Notes: generated by a model from the sequence alone, not told the origin. A stretch of 64,000 bases of DNA from Candidatus Omnitrophota bacterium (GCA_018817165.1 JAHITY010000061.1:1733-65732); one strand, 5' to 3'. Shown: positions 30,534 through 41,195, counted from the first letter of the stretch. Numbers and translations are program-made.

Positions 30534-31256
30534 TTATATTGACTGGATAAGCATTTTCATTGTTCTAACCGCCTCATCCATGCCTTTAAGAATTGCTCGG
30601 GAAACAATAGAATGACCAATATTAAGCTCTTCAATTTCCGGTATCTTTTTTAATAATTTAGCAGTATTTTGATACGTTAATCCATGACCAGCATAGACAT
30701 GTAATTCTATTGACTTAGCAAATTTTGCTGCTTTGAGCAATCTATCCAGCTGTCTCTTAACACTAATTTCTGTTTTTGCATTTGCATAAGTACCGGTATG
30801 CAATTCTACAGCATCAGCATTTACTCTTTTCGCTGCTTTTATCTGCTCGAGATCAGCCTCAACAAATAAGCTTACCCAAATCCCTTTTGATTTTAACTTG
30901 ATTATAACATTTTTGATTTTTTTTTCTTTAGCGATTATATCTAAACCGCCTTCTGTTGTAATTTCCTGTCTTTTTTCCGGAACAAGCGTTGCTTGATCCG
31001 GCTTAATTTGACAGGCGATTTTTACAATCAAAAGGTTTATCGACATTTCCAGATTTAAGCGGGTTTTAACTGTTTTTTTAAGAATCTTAACATCTCTGTC
31101 ATTTATATGCCGTCTATCCTCGCGTAAATGAACAGTTATCCCATCTGCGCCGGCAATTTCAGCAATCAAAGCGGCATCAACCGGATCGGGTTCTATTGTT
31201 TTTCTTGCTTGGCGGATTGTCGCAACATGATCTATATTAACTCCCAGTCTTACCAT
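30534..31256 (-). CDS. pdxJ: Pyridoxine 5'-phosphate synthase
   Basis: LGVNIDHVATIRQAR, HLREDRRHI, TTEGG, AGHGL, NIGH. Confidence 0.97.
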   Translation of the reverse strand: MVRLGVNIDHVATIRQARKTIEPDPVDAALIAEIAGADGITVHLREDRRHINDRDVKILKKTVKTRLNLEMSINLLIVKIACQIKPDQATLVPEKRQEITTEGGLDIIAKEKKIKNVIIKLKSKGIWVSLFVEADLEQIKAAKRVNADAVELHTGTYANAKTEISVKRQLDRLLKAAKFAKSIELHVYAGHGLTYQNTAKLLKKIPEIEELNIGHSIVSRAILKGMDEAVRTMKMLIQSI

Positions 31257-31258
31257 GA

Positions 31259-32626
31259 TTAAATTCCTACTTCATTGACAATTGCCCGGCCTATATCATT
31301 AGCAATTTTTTTTATTTCATTTTTATTTTCGGCTTCAACCATTATCCTGGCAAGTAATTCCGTTCCGGAATAACGCATAACCAGTCTGCCCCTCCCATTC
31401 AACTGCTTTTGCGCTTGATCTATTTTCTGCTGAACTACCGGCATCTTCTTAAACGGCTTTCTTTCTTTAACCTTTATATTATGAATTAATTGTGGATATT
31501 TTTTAAGTCCATGACAAAGCATTTTAATAGTTTTTTTTGTTTTCTGCAAAGCCATTAAAATCTGTAGCGCTGTAAGCATCCCATCGCCAGTAGTAGCATG
31601 ATCAAGAAAAATCATATGCCCTGACTGCTCTCCGCCAAAAATTAACTTGTTTTTAATCATCTCTTCTAAAACATATTTATCCCCTACATCAGCACGGATC
31701 AACCTTACCTGCAATTTTTCTAAAAGTTTTTCTAATCCAAAATTGCTCATAGATGTGCCGACAACAGCATTGTTTGACAATTTGTTTTCCGCTAGAAAAT
31801 AGCGCACAACCATCGTCATAATATAATCACCGTCTAACACTCTGGCATTTTCATCACTAAATATAACCCTATCGGCATCTCCGTCAAAAGAAAAAGCAAT
31901 GTCCGCTTTTTTCTTTTTTAAATGCTGTGCAGCAATTTCAGGATGCATTGATCCGCAATGTAGGTTAATATTTTCACCGTCAGGCTCATCGTTTAAAACA
32001 AAAACCTTTGCTCCTAAATCAGAAAATAGCTTTCCCGCGTAACCAGACACCGCGCCGTTAGCGCAATCAACAACAATCTTTTTACCTTTAAGATCTAACC
32101 CTGGACAACATTTCTTCAAATGCTCTACATATGAACTGCCTGCAACTTTTTTTATAACAACTTTCTTATGTTTTATTTTTTGTTTACTATTTAGCTCCTG
32201 AATAATCGGATGCGCTATTTTCTCTATAGCTCGCTCCTGTTTTTCTGAAAGCTTATATCCATTATGCTTAAAAAATTTTATTCCATTATCTGTCCAGGGA
32301 TTGTGCGAAGCAGAAATCATAACCCCCATTTGGACATCCATCGCATTAGTCAAATAAGCAAGCCCCGGAGTAGGAATTACCCCAGCAGAACATACCCCAA
32401 TTCCACAAGAACTAAACCCCTGAGCTAAATATTGTTCTATTTGATCGCAAGAACTACGCGTATCCTTACCGATAACAATCTTTATTTTGCTTACTCCCTT
32501 ATGCGATTTCTGCAGCCATTTACCCAAAGCAATACTAACAGCAAAAATAATATTTTCAGTTAAAGGAAACTCACCAAACTGTCCCCGAATCCCATCAGTG
32601 CCAAATAAATGCTCTTTTTCCATCAT
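31259..32626 (-). CDS. glmM: Phosphoglucosamine mutase
   Basis: FGTDGIRG, SASHNP, DGDADR, GGEQSGH, RYSGTE. Confidence 0.96.
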   Translation of the reverse strand: MMEKEHLFGTDGIRGQFGEFPLTENIIFAVSIALGKWLQKSHKGVSKIKIVIGKDTRSSCDQIEQYLAQGFSSCGIGVCSAGVIPTPGLAYLTNAMDVQMGVMISASHNPWTDNGIKFFKHNGYKLSEKQERAIEKIAHPIIQELNSKQKIKHKKVVIKKVAGSSYVEHLKKCCPGLDLKGKKIVVDCANGAVSGYAGKLFSDLGAKVFVLNDEPDGENINLHCGSMHPEIAAQHLKKKKADIAFSFDGDADRVIFSDENARVLDGDYIMTMVVRYFLAENKLSNNAVVGTSMSNFGLEKLLEKLQVRLIRADVGDKYVLEEMIKNKLIFGGEQSGHMIFLDHATTGDGMLTALQILMALQKTKKTIKMLCHGLKKYPQLIHNIKVKERKPFKKMPVVQQKIDQAQKQLNGRGRLVMRYSGTELLARIMVEAENKNEIKKIANDIGRAIVNEVGI

Positions 32627-33027
32627 ATGTTTTTATCCTTTATCTCTACCCTAAGCAAAGGTGGAGTGCCTATAACTTCGATATTTTGCGGTAAAATAAA
32701 ATTTACCACAGGAGAATATTCCCGGCCCGAACGCAATCCGCTAATATTTACATATGCCGTAATATCCATACGGGTTAATTTTTCTATTTCCTGCTCCGGG
32801 CCTCTGACCCTTATATCAACCGTACTGCGATCAACTTCTACGGTAAACACATTTCTCCCTAAAAATAAATGCTCGCCCATAAGATTAACTTCAACGCCTT
32901 TTAAGTCTTTATAAGCTTGAGGTCCTCCGCTTAATATGGCATGAATATAAAACCAAACGGCTATAGCTAAAAATAAGCTAAAAATTATCATGCCTAAATT
33001 TTTCTTATTACCCTTACTTAACTTCAT
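32623..33027 (-). CDS. Short CdaR/YbbR-like protein (single domain)
   Basis: SLFLAIAVWFY TM, VRGP, AYVNISGL; lies between cdaA and glmM. Confidence 0.75.
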   Translation of the reverse strand: MKLSKGNKKNLGMIIFSLFLAIAVWFYIHAILSGGPQAYKDLKGVEVNLMGEHLFLGRNVFTVEVDRSTVDIRVRGPEQEIEKLTRMDITAYVNISGLRSGREYSPVVNFILPQNIEVIGTPPLLRVEIKDKNI

Positions 33028-33823
33028 TGCGCTTGTGTCTCCAATTGTAAAACATTACTTTTTTTTCTTCTTTTTGCTGCATAATATTTTTAAGTGCAAA
33101 ACTAAAATCTTTTCCCTGAAAATCAGTTATTAATTCTCCCTGATTAGCTATCGATATTCTCCCTGTCTCTTCTGATACCATAACAACAAGCGCGTCTGTC
33201 TCCTCGCTTAAACCGATCGCTGCGCGATGCCGGGTACCAATAGATCGATCAAGTTCTTGATTTTGAGAAAGAGGAAAAATACAACCAGCAGCAACCAAGC
33301 GCCCCTCACTAATTATGACTCCTCCATCATGCAATGGTCCCAAAGGAGAAAATATTGTATTTAGCAATTCAGCGCTTATCCCTGAATCTATTCTTACCCC
33401 TGTTTCTGCATATGTTTTTAACCCCACCCCGCGCTCAAATGCCACCAAAGCACCTATCCGCTTCTGCCCCAGGCTAGTTAAAGATTGGCTGATTTTACTT
33501 ATAACCCCCTCTTCTGGTAATGGGAAAAATAAATCAAAATATGTTTGTCCAATCTTACTTAATCCTCTGCGGATTTCAGGCTGAAATATTATTAAAAAAC
33601 CAATAACAGATATGGCAAATAATTTAGTAAGGATCCAATTGATAACCGCAAGATTTAAAATATTTGTAAGCGAAAACAATACGATTAAAACAATAACCCC
33701 GCGAACCAAAGGGACAACTCTTGTTCCTTGAATAAACAACATAAATCTATAAATCAAAAACCAAATTATAGAAATCTCAAGCACCATTTTTAATAGTTCA
33801 AAAAAATTCCAATCTATAACCAT
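33014..33823 (-). CDS. cdaA: Diadenylate cyclase CdaA
   Basis: Three TM, FQPEIRR, PLHDGG, GTRHRAA, SEETG. Confidence 0.95.
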   Translation of the reverse strand: MVIDWNFFELLKMVLEISIIWFLIYRFMLFIQGTRVVPLVRGVIVLIVLFSLTNILNLAVINWILTKLFAISVIGFLIIFQPEIRRGLSKIGQTYFDLFFPLPEEGVISKISQSLTSLGQKRIGALVAFERGVGLKTYAETGVRIDSGISAELLNTIFSPLGPLHDGGVIISEGRLVAAGCIFPLSQNQELDRSIGTRHRAAIGLSEETDALVVMVSEETGRISIANQGELITDFQGKDFSFALKNIMQQKEEKKVMFYNWRHKRNEVK

Positions 33824-33825
33824 AT

Positions 33826-34713
33826 TTAAAGCCCCTGCTTGATTATCGCATCAGTCAAAACTGATACCTGTTTCATTTGCCGCACATTATGCACTCTTAC
33901 TATATTTGCCCCATTCACAATTGATACTGCTATACTTGCCGCAGTGCCAAAATCTCTTTCCGGAATAGACAAATTTAACACATTCCCGATAAAGGATTTT
34001 CTCGATGTCCCGATCAAAACCCCACACCCCAATTTTTTAAAACATGCCAACTTATTAATAATTTTTAAATTATGTTCCGTTGTCTTGCCAAAACCAATTC
34101 CCGGATCCAACATAATGCTTTGTTGTTTAATCCCGCTTTTAATTGCTCTTTGTTTAGCTTGTTTAAAAAAAGTTTTTATTTCTCCTACAATATCTTTATA
34201 CTTTGGGTTGATCTGCATATCTAAAGGCGTTTTATCCATATGCATTAAAATAACACCTGCCTTATGCCCTGCAATAACCTGTGCTAATTTTTCATCTTTC
34301 CGCAAAGCAAAAACATCATTTATAATACTCGCACCAAGCTCTAAACAATATTTTGCAACAATAGAACTGGAAGTATCTATGGAAATCGGCACCTTAAGTT
34401 TTTTTGCAAGGATTTTAACTACATGTCCGATACGTAAAATCTGTTCATCATCTGCCACTTGCTTTGACCCAGGGCGCGTAGACTCCGCCCCAATATCAAT
34501 AATATCCGCGCCTTGTTTGACCATTTCTAAAGCATATTCAATTGCTTTGTCTTGGTCAAAATAATTACCACCATCGCTAAAAGAATCAGGAGTAACATTC
34601 AACACTCCCATAATATATGTACGTTTAGAAAGATCAAGCTTATACTTACCACATTGAAATTTACCGATATTACTGGTTTTTTTCATTTTAGAACTATGCA
34701 TCTTTTTCTGCAT
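33826..34713 (-). CDS. folP: Dihydropteroate synthase
   Basis: MGVLNVTPDSFSDGG, ESTRPG, DPGIGFGK, SRKSF, RVHNV. Confidence 0.96.
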   Translation of the reverse strand: MQKKMHSSKMKKTSNIGKFQCGKYKLDLSKRTYIMGVLNVTPDSFSDGGNYFDQDKAIEYALEMVKQGADIIDIGAESTRPGSKQVADDEQILRIGHVVKILAKKLKVPISIDTSSSIVAKYCLELGASIINDVFALRKDEKLAQVIAGHKAGVILMHMDKTPLDMQINPKYKDIVGEIKTFFKQAKQRAIKSGIKQQSIMLDPGIGFGKTTEHNLKIINKLACFKKLGCGVLIGTSRKSFIGNVLNLSIPERDFGTAASIAVSIVNGANIVRVHNVRQMKQVSVLTDAIIKQGL

Positions 34714-36727
34714 CTATATTATTTGTTTCTAGATCAGCATCATTTTCTTCTTTTCTTTTTTCCAATTTAGCAGTGTCTTTTTTTTGCGGTTTTAATTGCT
34801 CTGTTGCCAAATCAATAAGATGTGCTTCTTTTTCTGCTGGCAAATCAAGCAGTTTACGAACTTCCTTAGAATCCATAACTTCTTTTTCTAAAAGTGTTTC
34901 CGCTAATTTCTTAAGTTTATCAAAGTTATCAGTAAGCAGCTTCTTTGCCTGCTCATAACACTCATCTATTATTTTGCGAACTTCTTGATCAATTATTACT
35001 GCTGTTTGTTCACTGTAATTCTTTTCATCAAGCATGTCGCGACCTAAAAATATCTGCTGCTGTCTATGCCCAAAAGTAAGATGACCTAAAACCTTGCTCA
35101 TCCCATATTCACAGACCATCCTTCGAGCAATTGCCGTGGCTCGAGAAAGATCATTATGTGCCCCAGTAGTTATTTCTCCAAAAATTAACTCTTCACTAAC
35201 TCGCCCCCCCAAGAAAACAACTAACTCTCCCAGCAATTCGCTTTTTGAAACAAGATACTTATCTTCTGTGGGAAAATTCATAGTATAACCCAAAGCAGTT
35301 GTCCCTCTGGGAATAATTGACACTTTATGCAAAGGATCCACCTTAGGAACAAGCATGGATAAAAGAGCATGTCCCGACTCATGATATGCCACTATCTCTT
35401 TTTCATTTTTATTCATTATCCGCGATTTGCGTTCAGGCCCTGCCATAACTCTTTCTATTGACTCCTGCAATTCTTCCATATTAACATATTCTTTATCTCG
35501 CCTAGCTGCAAGTAACGCAGCTTCATTAACTAAATTAGCAAGATCTGCACCCGTAAAACCAGGAGTTTGCCGCGCTAATGAATTCAAACTTACAGATGGA
35601 TGAAGTTTTATATTGCGGGCATGTACCTTTAATATGGCCTCTCTGCCAATTAAATCCGGCCGATCAATAACAACCTGGCGATCAAATCTCCCCGGTCTAA
35701 GCAGCGCAGGATCCAGAACATCAGGACGATTAGTTGCTGCCATAAGAATAATCCCGGCTTGAGTATTAAATCCATCCATTTCAACCAGCAAGGCATTTAA
35801 AGTCTGCTCCCTCTCATCATGACCACCACCAACACCCGCGAAGCGTTGTCTGCCCACAGCATCGATTTCATCAATAAATATTATGCTACCACGCCCCAAA
35901 ACTTTAGAAGCTTTTTTCGCTTGTTCAAAAAGATCGCGAACTCGGCTTGCTCCCACGCCGACAAACATTTCCACAAAATCAGAACCGCTGATACTTAAAA
36001 AGGGTACCCCCGCCTCACCGGCAACAGCTTTGGCTAAAAGAGTCTTTCCCGTCCCCGGAGGACCCATTAATAAAACACCTTTGGGAATTTTACCACCTAA
36101 ACGCTGAAATTTCTTCGGATCTTTTAAAAATTCAATAATCTCTTGCAATTCTTCTTTGGCTTCATCAACCCCGGCAACGTCATTAAACGTGGTTTTAACA
36201 TGATCCTCTCCGATATGCTGCACCCGGCTTTTCCCAAAGGAAAACAATTTATTGCCTCCACCTTGAGAACCGCGATAAGCAAACCAAATAATCATCCCTA
36301 GAATAAACAGCGGCCACATTAGACTTATCACGTTTAACCAAAACAGATTAGACTCTTTAATCGTAAATCCATCAACATTCAAACGTAATTCCTTGATTAA
36401 ATCTGCGTCATTAAGCGGCACAGAAACCGTAAACTTACTCCCGTCTTGCATTTCTATAGCAGCTAACCCCTCTCCTAGTTCAACCTTAGTGATTTGGGAA
36501 TTTTCCTTATTATCCTTATTATGAGTAACCATATTAAAAAATTCTGAATAAGACACTTTCTTTTGCAATGTCTTTTCAAACTGTTCAGATATTAGCCCCA
36601 TAAAAAACAAAACAATCAGCAAAACAAATAAAGGCGTAAACAAGCGCGTTTGCTTATTTTTAGGAGTTTTCTTCTTTTGATTCAGGTTTTTTTCCTCTTT
36701 TTTATCCGGTAATATATTATTATTCAT
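34694..36727 (-). CDS. ftsH: ATP-dependent zinc metalloprotease FtsH
   Basis: Two [30 protein letters not shown]; probable start ATG 36727 after AAGAGGA. Confidence 0.97.
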   Translation of the reverse strand: MNNNILPDKKEEKNLNQKKKTPKNKQTRLFTPLFVLLIVLFFMGLISEQFEKTLQKKVSYSEFFNMVTHNKDNKENSQITKVELGEGLAAIEMQDGSKFTVSVPLNDADLIKELRLNVDGFTIKESNLFWLNVISLMWPLFILGMIIWFAYRGSQGGGNKLFSFGKSRVQHIGEDHVKTTFNDVAGVDEAKEELQEIIEFLKDPKKFQRLGGKIPKGVLLMGPPGTGKTLLAKAVAGEAGVPFLSISGSDFVEMFVGVGASRVRDLFEQAKKASKVLGRGSIIFIDEIDAVGRQRFAGVGGGHDEREQTLNALLVEMDGFNTQAGIILMAATNRPDVLDPALLRPGRFDRQVVIDRPDLIGREAILKVHARNIKLHPSVSLNSLARQTPGFTGADLANLVNEAALLAARRDKEYVNMEELQESIERVMAGPERKSRIMNKNEKEIVAYHESGHALLSMLVPKVDPLHKVSIIPRGTTALGYTMNFPTEDKYLVSKSELLGELVVFLGGRVSEELIFGEITTGAHNDLSRATAIARRMVCEYGMSKVLGHLTFGHRQQQIFLGRDMLDEKNYSEQTAVIIDQEVRKIIDECYEQAKKLLTDNFDKLKKLAETLLEKEVMDSKEVRKLLDLPAEKEAHLIDLATEQLKPQKKDTAKLEKRKEENDADLETNNIDAEKDA

Positions 36728-36897
36728 ATCATCCTCTTGGGTTTTTATTGGGATAAGTACATATTTTAAAAACAGGGCGTGAACAAGTATAAATTTTAGC
36801 AAAACCGCATTTAAATAGCAAGCTTTTTCCTCGAAGAAGATTGCTAAATGATTAAAATTAAACAGGCTTTTTCCAATACAAGCAATTAAAAAACTAT

Positions 36898-37512
36898 TCA
36901 AACATTATTTATATATTTTATAATATATTTGCTAAAATAAGCCAGGCTCGCCCCAAAAACAACTAAAATCAGCTGAACAAAAACAAGTAAATAACTTTGA
37001 ATAAGCCGAACACCATAAATAGCTTTTATCATCCTTGCTTCAATATCTAATAATCTGATCATTAGCAATACTGCGATTATGACAAATATTGTTGTTTTTT
37101 CCAAGTTTGGCAAAAATAAATAAATTGAAATTAAAAAAATCCAGATTGGCATAATATAAGCATGACAACAAAAACTGCTTAAAAAATCAGACTGTAGCTT
37201 CTCTTTCCTTATTTTAATACAAACAGTATAAACCCAGTCTAAAAATATACTAATTCCAGCATTTAGCAATATAAAGATAAAAAAAACAAAAAAAACCACT
37301 AATAAAGCTACGGGGAATTGCGGATTAAGCTTGTAGGATGCAAATTGTTCGATTAACTGTAGACCAAAAGCAGTAAAAATACCCGCAAAAAGCAAAAGAG
37401 AAATAATCGGCTCAAAAGCGGATTCTGCTTTTATTGTGTTTTTAAATACTGAATCCGGCGATATGAAAACCAGAAAACCATTAAAAAATCTTGACCGCAT
37501 AATAAGCACCAA
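36898..37512 (-). CDS. Five-TM membrane protein (Yip1-like)
   Basis: SPDSVF followed by five hydrophobic segments. Confidence 0.5.
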   Translation of the reverse strand: MVLIMRSRFFNGFLVFISPDSVFKNTIKAESAFEPIISLLLFAGIFTAFGLQLIEQFASYKLNPQFPVALLVVFFVFFIFILLNAGISIFLDWVYTVCIKIRKEKLQSDFLSSFCCHAYIMPIWIFLISIYLFLPNLEKTTIFVIIAVLLMIRLLDIEARMIKAIYGVRLIQSYLLVFVQLILVVFGASLAYFSKYIIKYINNV

Positions 37513-37603
37513 TTACTGTAAAATATTAAATAAATACCTATATCTATTTAGCTTATTATATCACAAAACCCTATTTATACATACCCTCAATACAAGCATT
37601 GTT

Positions 37604-38077
37604 TTACTTATTTTTTTGCTGTTTAAAAGACATCACTCCCACAATACATAAAACCAAAAGTAAAAATATAAAACCTCCGTGAGAACTCTTTTTCTCTTCT
37701 TTTTTAGCAATAGTTATTGGCAAAGCTACTAATGGTTGGGCTGTATCAACAATCATTCCTTGCGGAGTAATCCGCTTAAACTGAGGCATTGGCTGATTAG
37801 CTTCAACTTTAATTGATTCAATAAACGCTTGCTTAGAAACAGTTTTATCATCGGACAAAGAACTGCTAATAGGCTGATTTTGAACAGCTTTCAGGTTGTC
37901 AACTGTCTGAGAATCAACTTGTTCGGCTTGGGTTTTACGCTGTTCATCTTTCACCCTTTGCATTTTTATTGATGATTGCACCTGTTGAGGGCTAATATCA
38001 TCGCAAAAAAGGCAATAACCCGGACTAGATAAAAATAAAACCGCAAACAAAATAAGCGCTATGCTTTTTAATTTCAC
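37604..38077 (-). CDS. Exported hypothetical protein with C-terminal membrane anchor
   Basis: Signal peptide; C-terminal SSHGG, TM and basic tail; AAGGAG RBS. Confidence 0.6.
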   Translation of the reverse strand: MKLKSIALILFAVLFLSSPGYCLFCDDISPQQVQSSIKMQRVKDEQRKTQAEQVDSQTVDNLKAVQNQPISSSLSDDKTVSKQAFIESIKVEANQPMPQFKRITPQGMIVDTAQPLVALPITIAKKEEKKSSHGGFIFLLLVLCIVGVMSFKQQKNK

Positions 38078-38100
38078 AGCTCACTCCTTCTACATTTTAA

Positions 38101-39756
38101 TTAATTTTTTTTTAAATATTGAACATGCGGCAAAGCCAAGGCTCTGGGCAAAAAGAAATCCTGAGAGCCCCTGTATTTTGCTCGATTATCATAATTCATC
38201 GTAATATCTCCGCTGTAAACAATTGCTTCATCCCGGGAAACAATTGAACCATTCATTGTAAATGATCCGACTTTTCCGGCAAAAGCATGATTTGTATACG
38301 TCACAGCATCTATATTTTTTATTTGATTCGGATCATCGGCAATACTGGTAAAATAAGTATTATCATAAGATGATTCATAAAATTTTCGATTTGAACCATC
38401 AATTTTTGTCCCGCCATCATTAGCCGTATAATCTCCGTTAAAATAAGGGTCCCCTGAAGAATAATACTGAACATAACCAATCCCGCTATCCGTAGAGTCT
38501 ACTCCATAAGCTTTGGTAAACGGCGGTTTTAAATAACCGGCAACATTTGTTCTCCAATCAGCCAGCGTATAATCCCCGACGATAACATTACCCTTTGCCG
38601 CTAAACCGATAAAATCTTTAGTAGCGTTTATACTATCCGTAGCCGCCGGATCAATGTCTGGCTTAGTCCAGGAAGGCTTATTTACATATTCGAGATTTCC
38701 CAGAATATGGGTATTCCGGCCGGAATAAATACTGCCCTGTCCTTTTATTTTGCCTTTTATCAAAACATCGCCGCTAACAACTACCGGACCGCTTATCTCA
38801 ATAGGATTAGCATCAGTACCTATTAAAACAATATTCCCCGCATGATTATTGTTTACCAGCGTTACTCCGCCTTGTTTAATTGTTCCATTATGGGTTACTG
38901 CCAAATCTTTATAATATTGCAAATCACCTAAAAAAGGCATGTCCAACAACTGTTGAGAAGGCAAACGATCACTTAAACCATCATAGCCGTTTTCATATTC
39001 AAATTCCTCAGCAATGCCGTCACCATCAATATCCTGAGGATCAGCCGTGGGATTAGTCGGCCTAGCCGTTAGATCAACGCTGGCGCGATAAGTCGCGATA
39101 TTACTATGAGCGCTTGTCCCGGTAATACTGCCGACTGCTCCCAGTTCAGGATTAATCGAACCATAAATATCACCATTTACTGCTGGATTAAAATTAAAAC
39201 TGAAATTTCCATTACTGCGAATATCGCCTTGACTAGTAATTCCGCTGCCCCAAAACCAGCCATAATTATTCACAAAGTAAGAAAAATCAAAAACCTTGGA
39301 AGGACTCATCGAATAGCGTACAATCGCGGTAATGCTTTTGGTTGTCCCATTAACCTGGGCAGTGCTGAGCAAAGTAATGTCTTTCGGAACAGTGCTGGCC
39401 ATATCAACAGCCGTTACACTCACGGTATACGAGCCTCCTGGCACAGAAGCCAGTGTAGCATTAAGCGGAATACCCGGATACTTATTAGTCGGATCAGTTA
39501 CCAGATCATCAAACCAGGTAAAAGCAGTTGTCACTTGTCCCTGAGTAATATAATAAGCTTCAAATAATTCAAACAGCTCACGCTTGACTTGATCAAGGCC
39601 GGTTTCCGCTAGAACATATGCTTGTAAAACCTCTTTTTCTTTTATAGTTGCCCGATTATTACTAATACTCCGCGACATAAACGCAACAAACAAAACACTT
39701 AAAACCACCATTACCACTAAAAACACCAACATTGCTGAACCCTGTTGCTTTCTCAT
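38101..39756 (-). CDS. PilX-like minor pilin / tip protein with a large beta-rich domain
   Basis: QQG|SAMLVFLV prepilin-like N-terminus, QAYVLAETGL, DIDGDG Ca-binding-like motif. Confidence 0.75.
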   Translation of the reverse strand: MRKQQGSAMLVFLVVMVVLSVLFVAFMSRSISNNRATIKEKEVLQAYVLAETGLDQVKRELFELFEAYYITQGQVTTAFTWFDDLVTDPTNKYPGIPLNATLASVPGGSYTVSVTAVDMASTVPKDITLLSTAQVNGTTKSITAIVRYSMSPSKVFDFSYFVNNYGWFWGSGITSQGDIRSNGNFSFNFNPAVNGDIYGSINPELGAVGSITGTSAHSNIATYRASVDLTARPTNPTADPQDIDGDGIAEEFEYENGYDGLSDRLPSQQLLDMPFLGDLQYYKDLAVTHNGTIKQGGVTLVNNNHAGNIVLIGTDANPIEISGPVVVSGDVLIKGKIKGQGSIYSGRNTHILGNLEYVNKPSWTKPDIDPAATDSINATKDFIGLAAKGNVIVGDYTLADWRTNVAGYLKPPFTKAYGVDSTDSGIGYVQYYSSGDPYFNGDYTANDGGTKIDGSNRKFYESSYDNTYFTSIADDPNQIKNIDAVTYTNHAFAGKVGSFTMNGSIVSRDEAIVYSGDITMNYDNRAKYRGSQDFFLPRALALPHVQYLKKN

Positions 39757-39771
39757 CGCGCGCCTCCTTTA

Positions 39772-40317
39772 TCATCTATTGCGTAAGCTTACTTGAGAAT
39801 CCAACTGCATCTGCACAGTATCTCCGATAATCGACTGTGTGCTTAAAACTAAAGCTATTTCTATCAAATCAATACTTGGCTGATTAAACCTTAAATCAGT
39901 GATATGCTCTCCTTTTATCACTGTATCCCCGGTAGCTAAATTAGTTCGCACAAATTGCTGACCGTTTATCCCGCCCAAAGAAAACTGGATCTGGTCTGAC
40001 CAAGTCACTACCCCTCCGGAAAATGATGCTGGGGTTTGAAAGATAATCCGATCTTCATTAGGCGCAAAATTAATTATTGTCACCCTGCCCGGAGCAGATT
40101 CCGACAATTCTGTAGTTATCATATTCATAATTTGACGGGTAAAGGAATGAACATCTATTTGTACTTCACTGGTCAGCCAAGCGCGTCTGCCGCTGGATAA
40201 TATGCCAAAAATTGCTAAAACAATCCCTGTAAAAATCGCCGCTACAACCATTAGCTCGACCAAAGTAAAACCATTTTTATTCCTGAATTTTTTCTGATTT
40301 AAATTTCCTATCTGCAT
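39772..40317 (-). CDS. Type IV minor pilin (PilW-like)
   Basis: NG|FTLVELMV prepilin cleavage motif. Confidence 0.85.
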   Translation of the reverse strand: MQIGNLNQKKFRNKNGFTLVELMVVAAIFTGIVLAIFGILSSGRRAWLTSEVQIDVHSFTRQIMNMITTELSESAPGRVTIINFAPNEDRIIFQTPASFSGGVVTWSDQIQFSLGGINGQQFVRTNLATGDTVIKGEHITDLRFNQPSIDLIEIALVLSTQSIIGDTVQMQLDSQVSLRNR

Positions 40318-40320
40318 GGC

Positions 40321-40749
40321 TTACCTTACTGTTATAAGACTTGATAAAATTAAGTTACGCAGCCTTTCTCCATCCTGCCAAGACACCACTATGGCAACCT
40401 CAAGCGGATCATCATCTAAAGCATCACCCGTTCCGTCCCGATCAATATAGCCAACTGCTATTTGCTCAGAACCCAGAGAATTTAAACCATTGGCTCCCGC
40501 CCATGCCGTCCAATCAACCGAAGTAATATCACTTAAAGTTGTTATCGCGTCACTGCGCATTTGTTCCAGGACGCGCCGCGCATCTTCAGTGGCCACAGTA
40601 GTGCTTTTCGACATTTCATTTAAACGCAAGCAATTCATATACCCCGAGATCAGCCCTAACAAAACAACTGTTAACAGAGTAATGCTGATCATGATTTCAA
40701 TCAGCGTAAAACCATTAGCATCTAGATTTATTTTTTTCTTTTTAAACAT
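40321..40749 (-). CDS. Type IV minor pilin (PilV-like)
   Basis: NG|FTLIEIMI prepilin cleavage motif; V.VSW near the C-terminus. Confidence 0.85.
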   Translation of the reverse strand: MFKKKKINLDANGFTLIEIMISITLLTVVLLGLISGYMNCLRLNEMSKSTTVATEDARRVLEQMRSDAITTLSDITSVDWTAWAGANGLNSLGSEQIAVGYIDRDGTGDALDDDPLEVAIVVSWQDGERLRNLILSSLITVR

Positions 40750-40837
40750 GGCCTATCCTCTAATTAAGCGGATCAATCATCTTATGTTATTTTAACATAA
40801 GATAAATTATTATTACTAAAAAATATAAATTTATTTC

Positions 40838-40874
40838 AAAAATTAAAACCCATAGCACAGTCAGCTGCTATGGG
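40838..40874 (-). terminator. Leader terminator 2 (gene-proximal)
   Basis: CCCATAGCA-GCTGACTG-TGCTATGGG followed by TTTTAATTTT. Confidence 0.7.
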
Positions 40875-40962
40875 CGCAAACTATCAAATACACCAAAATA
40901 ATGGTATAAATAATACCCCATGTTCGGCAACTGACGACCCTGGCAGCTGACCATTAGGGGTT

Positions 40963-40997
40963 AAAACAAAAACCCCGCAGCAGTTAGCTTCGAGGCC
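40963..40997 (-). terminator. Leader terminator 1 (aptamer-proximal)
   Basis: GCCTCGAAGC-TAACT-GCTGCGGGGT followed by TTTTGTTTT. Confidence 0.55.
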
Positions 40998-41041
40998 AAA
41001 ACAATAGGAAAATTTCCCTATTAAATAGAAAAAACCCTAGG

Positions 41042-41127
41042 TTCGGAAGCTGACTGCCATGGCAACAAAAGCTGCTTTAGGCTCTCAAGTTTTGCGTCAC
41101 CGGTTTTCACCGGTTTTGCTATTATCG
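41042..41127 (-). ncRNA. GEMM-I cyclic dinucleotide riboswitch aptamer (A20 variant)
   Basis: CGATAATAGCAAAACCGGT-GAAA-ACCGGTGACGCAAAAC...GCCTAAA...ATGGCAGTCAGCTTCCGAA matches the c-di-GMP-I architecture (GNRA loop, GACGCAAA, TAA/ATGG receptor). Confidence 0.88.
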
Positions 41128-41195
41128 TTATAGAGTTAAAGTTCTTTATAAAAGAAGTATACCACAAAAACGTTAGAGTTACCAACTAAGCGCGA

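Noticed and set aside
33839-34564. 241-aa plus-strand ORF
   Set aside because: Antisense shadow of folP with no motifs; the same applies to most plus-strand ORFs in the track.
36728-36901. 58-aa N-terminal extension of FtsH
   Set aside because: A better RBS and start exist at 36727; the extension looks like intergenic/promoter DNA.
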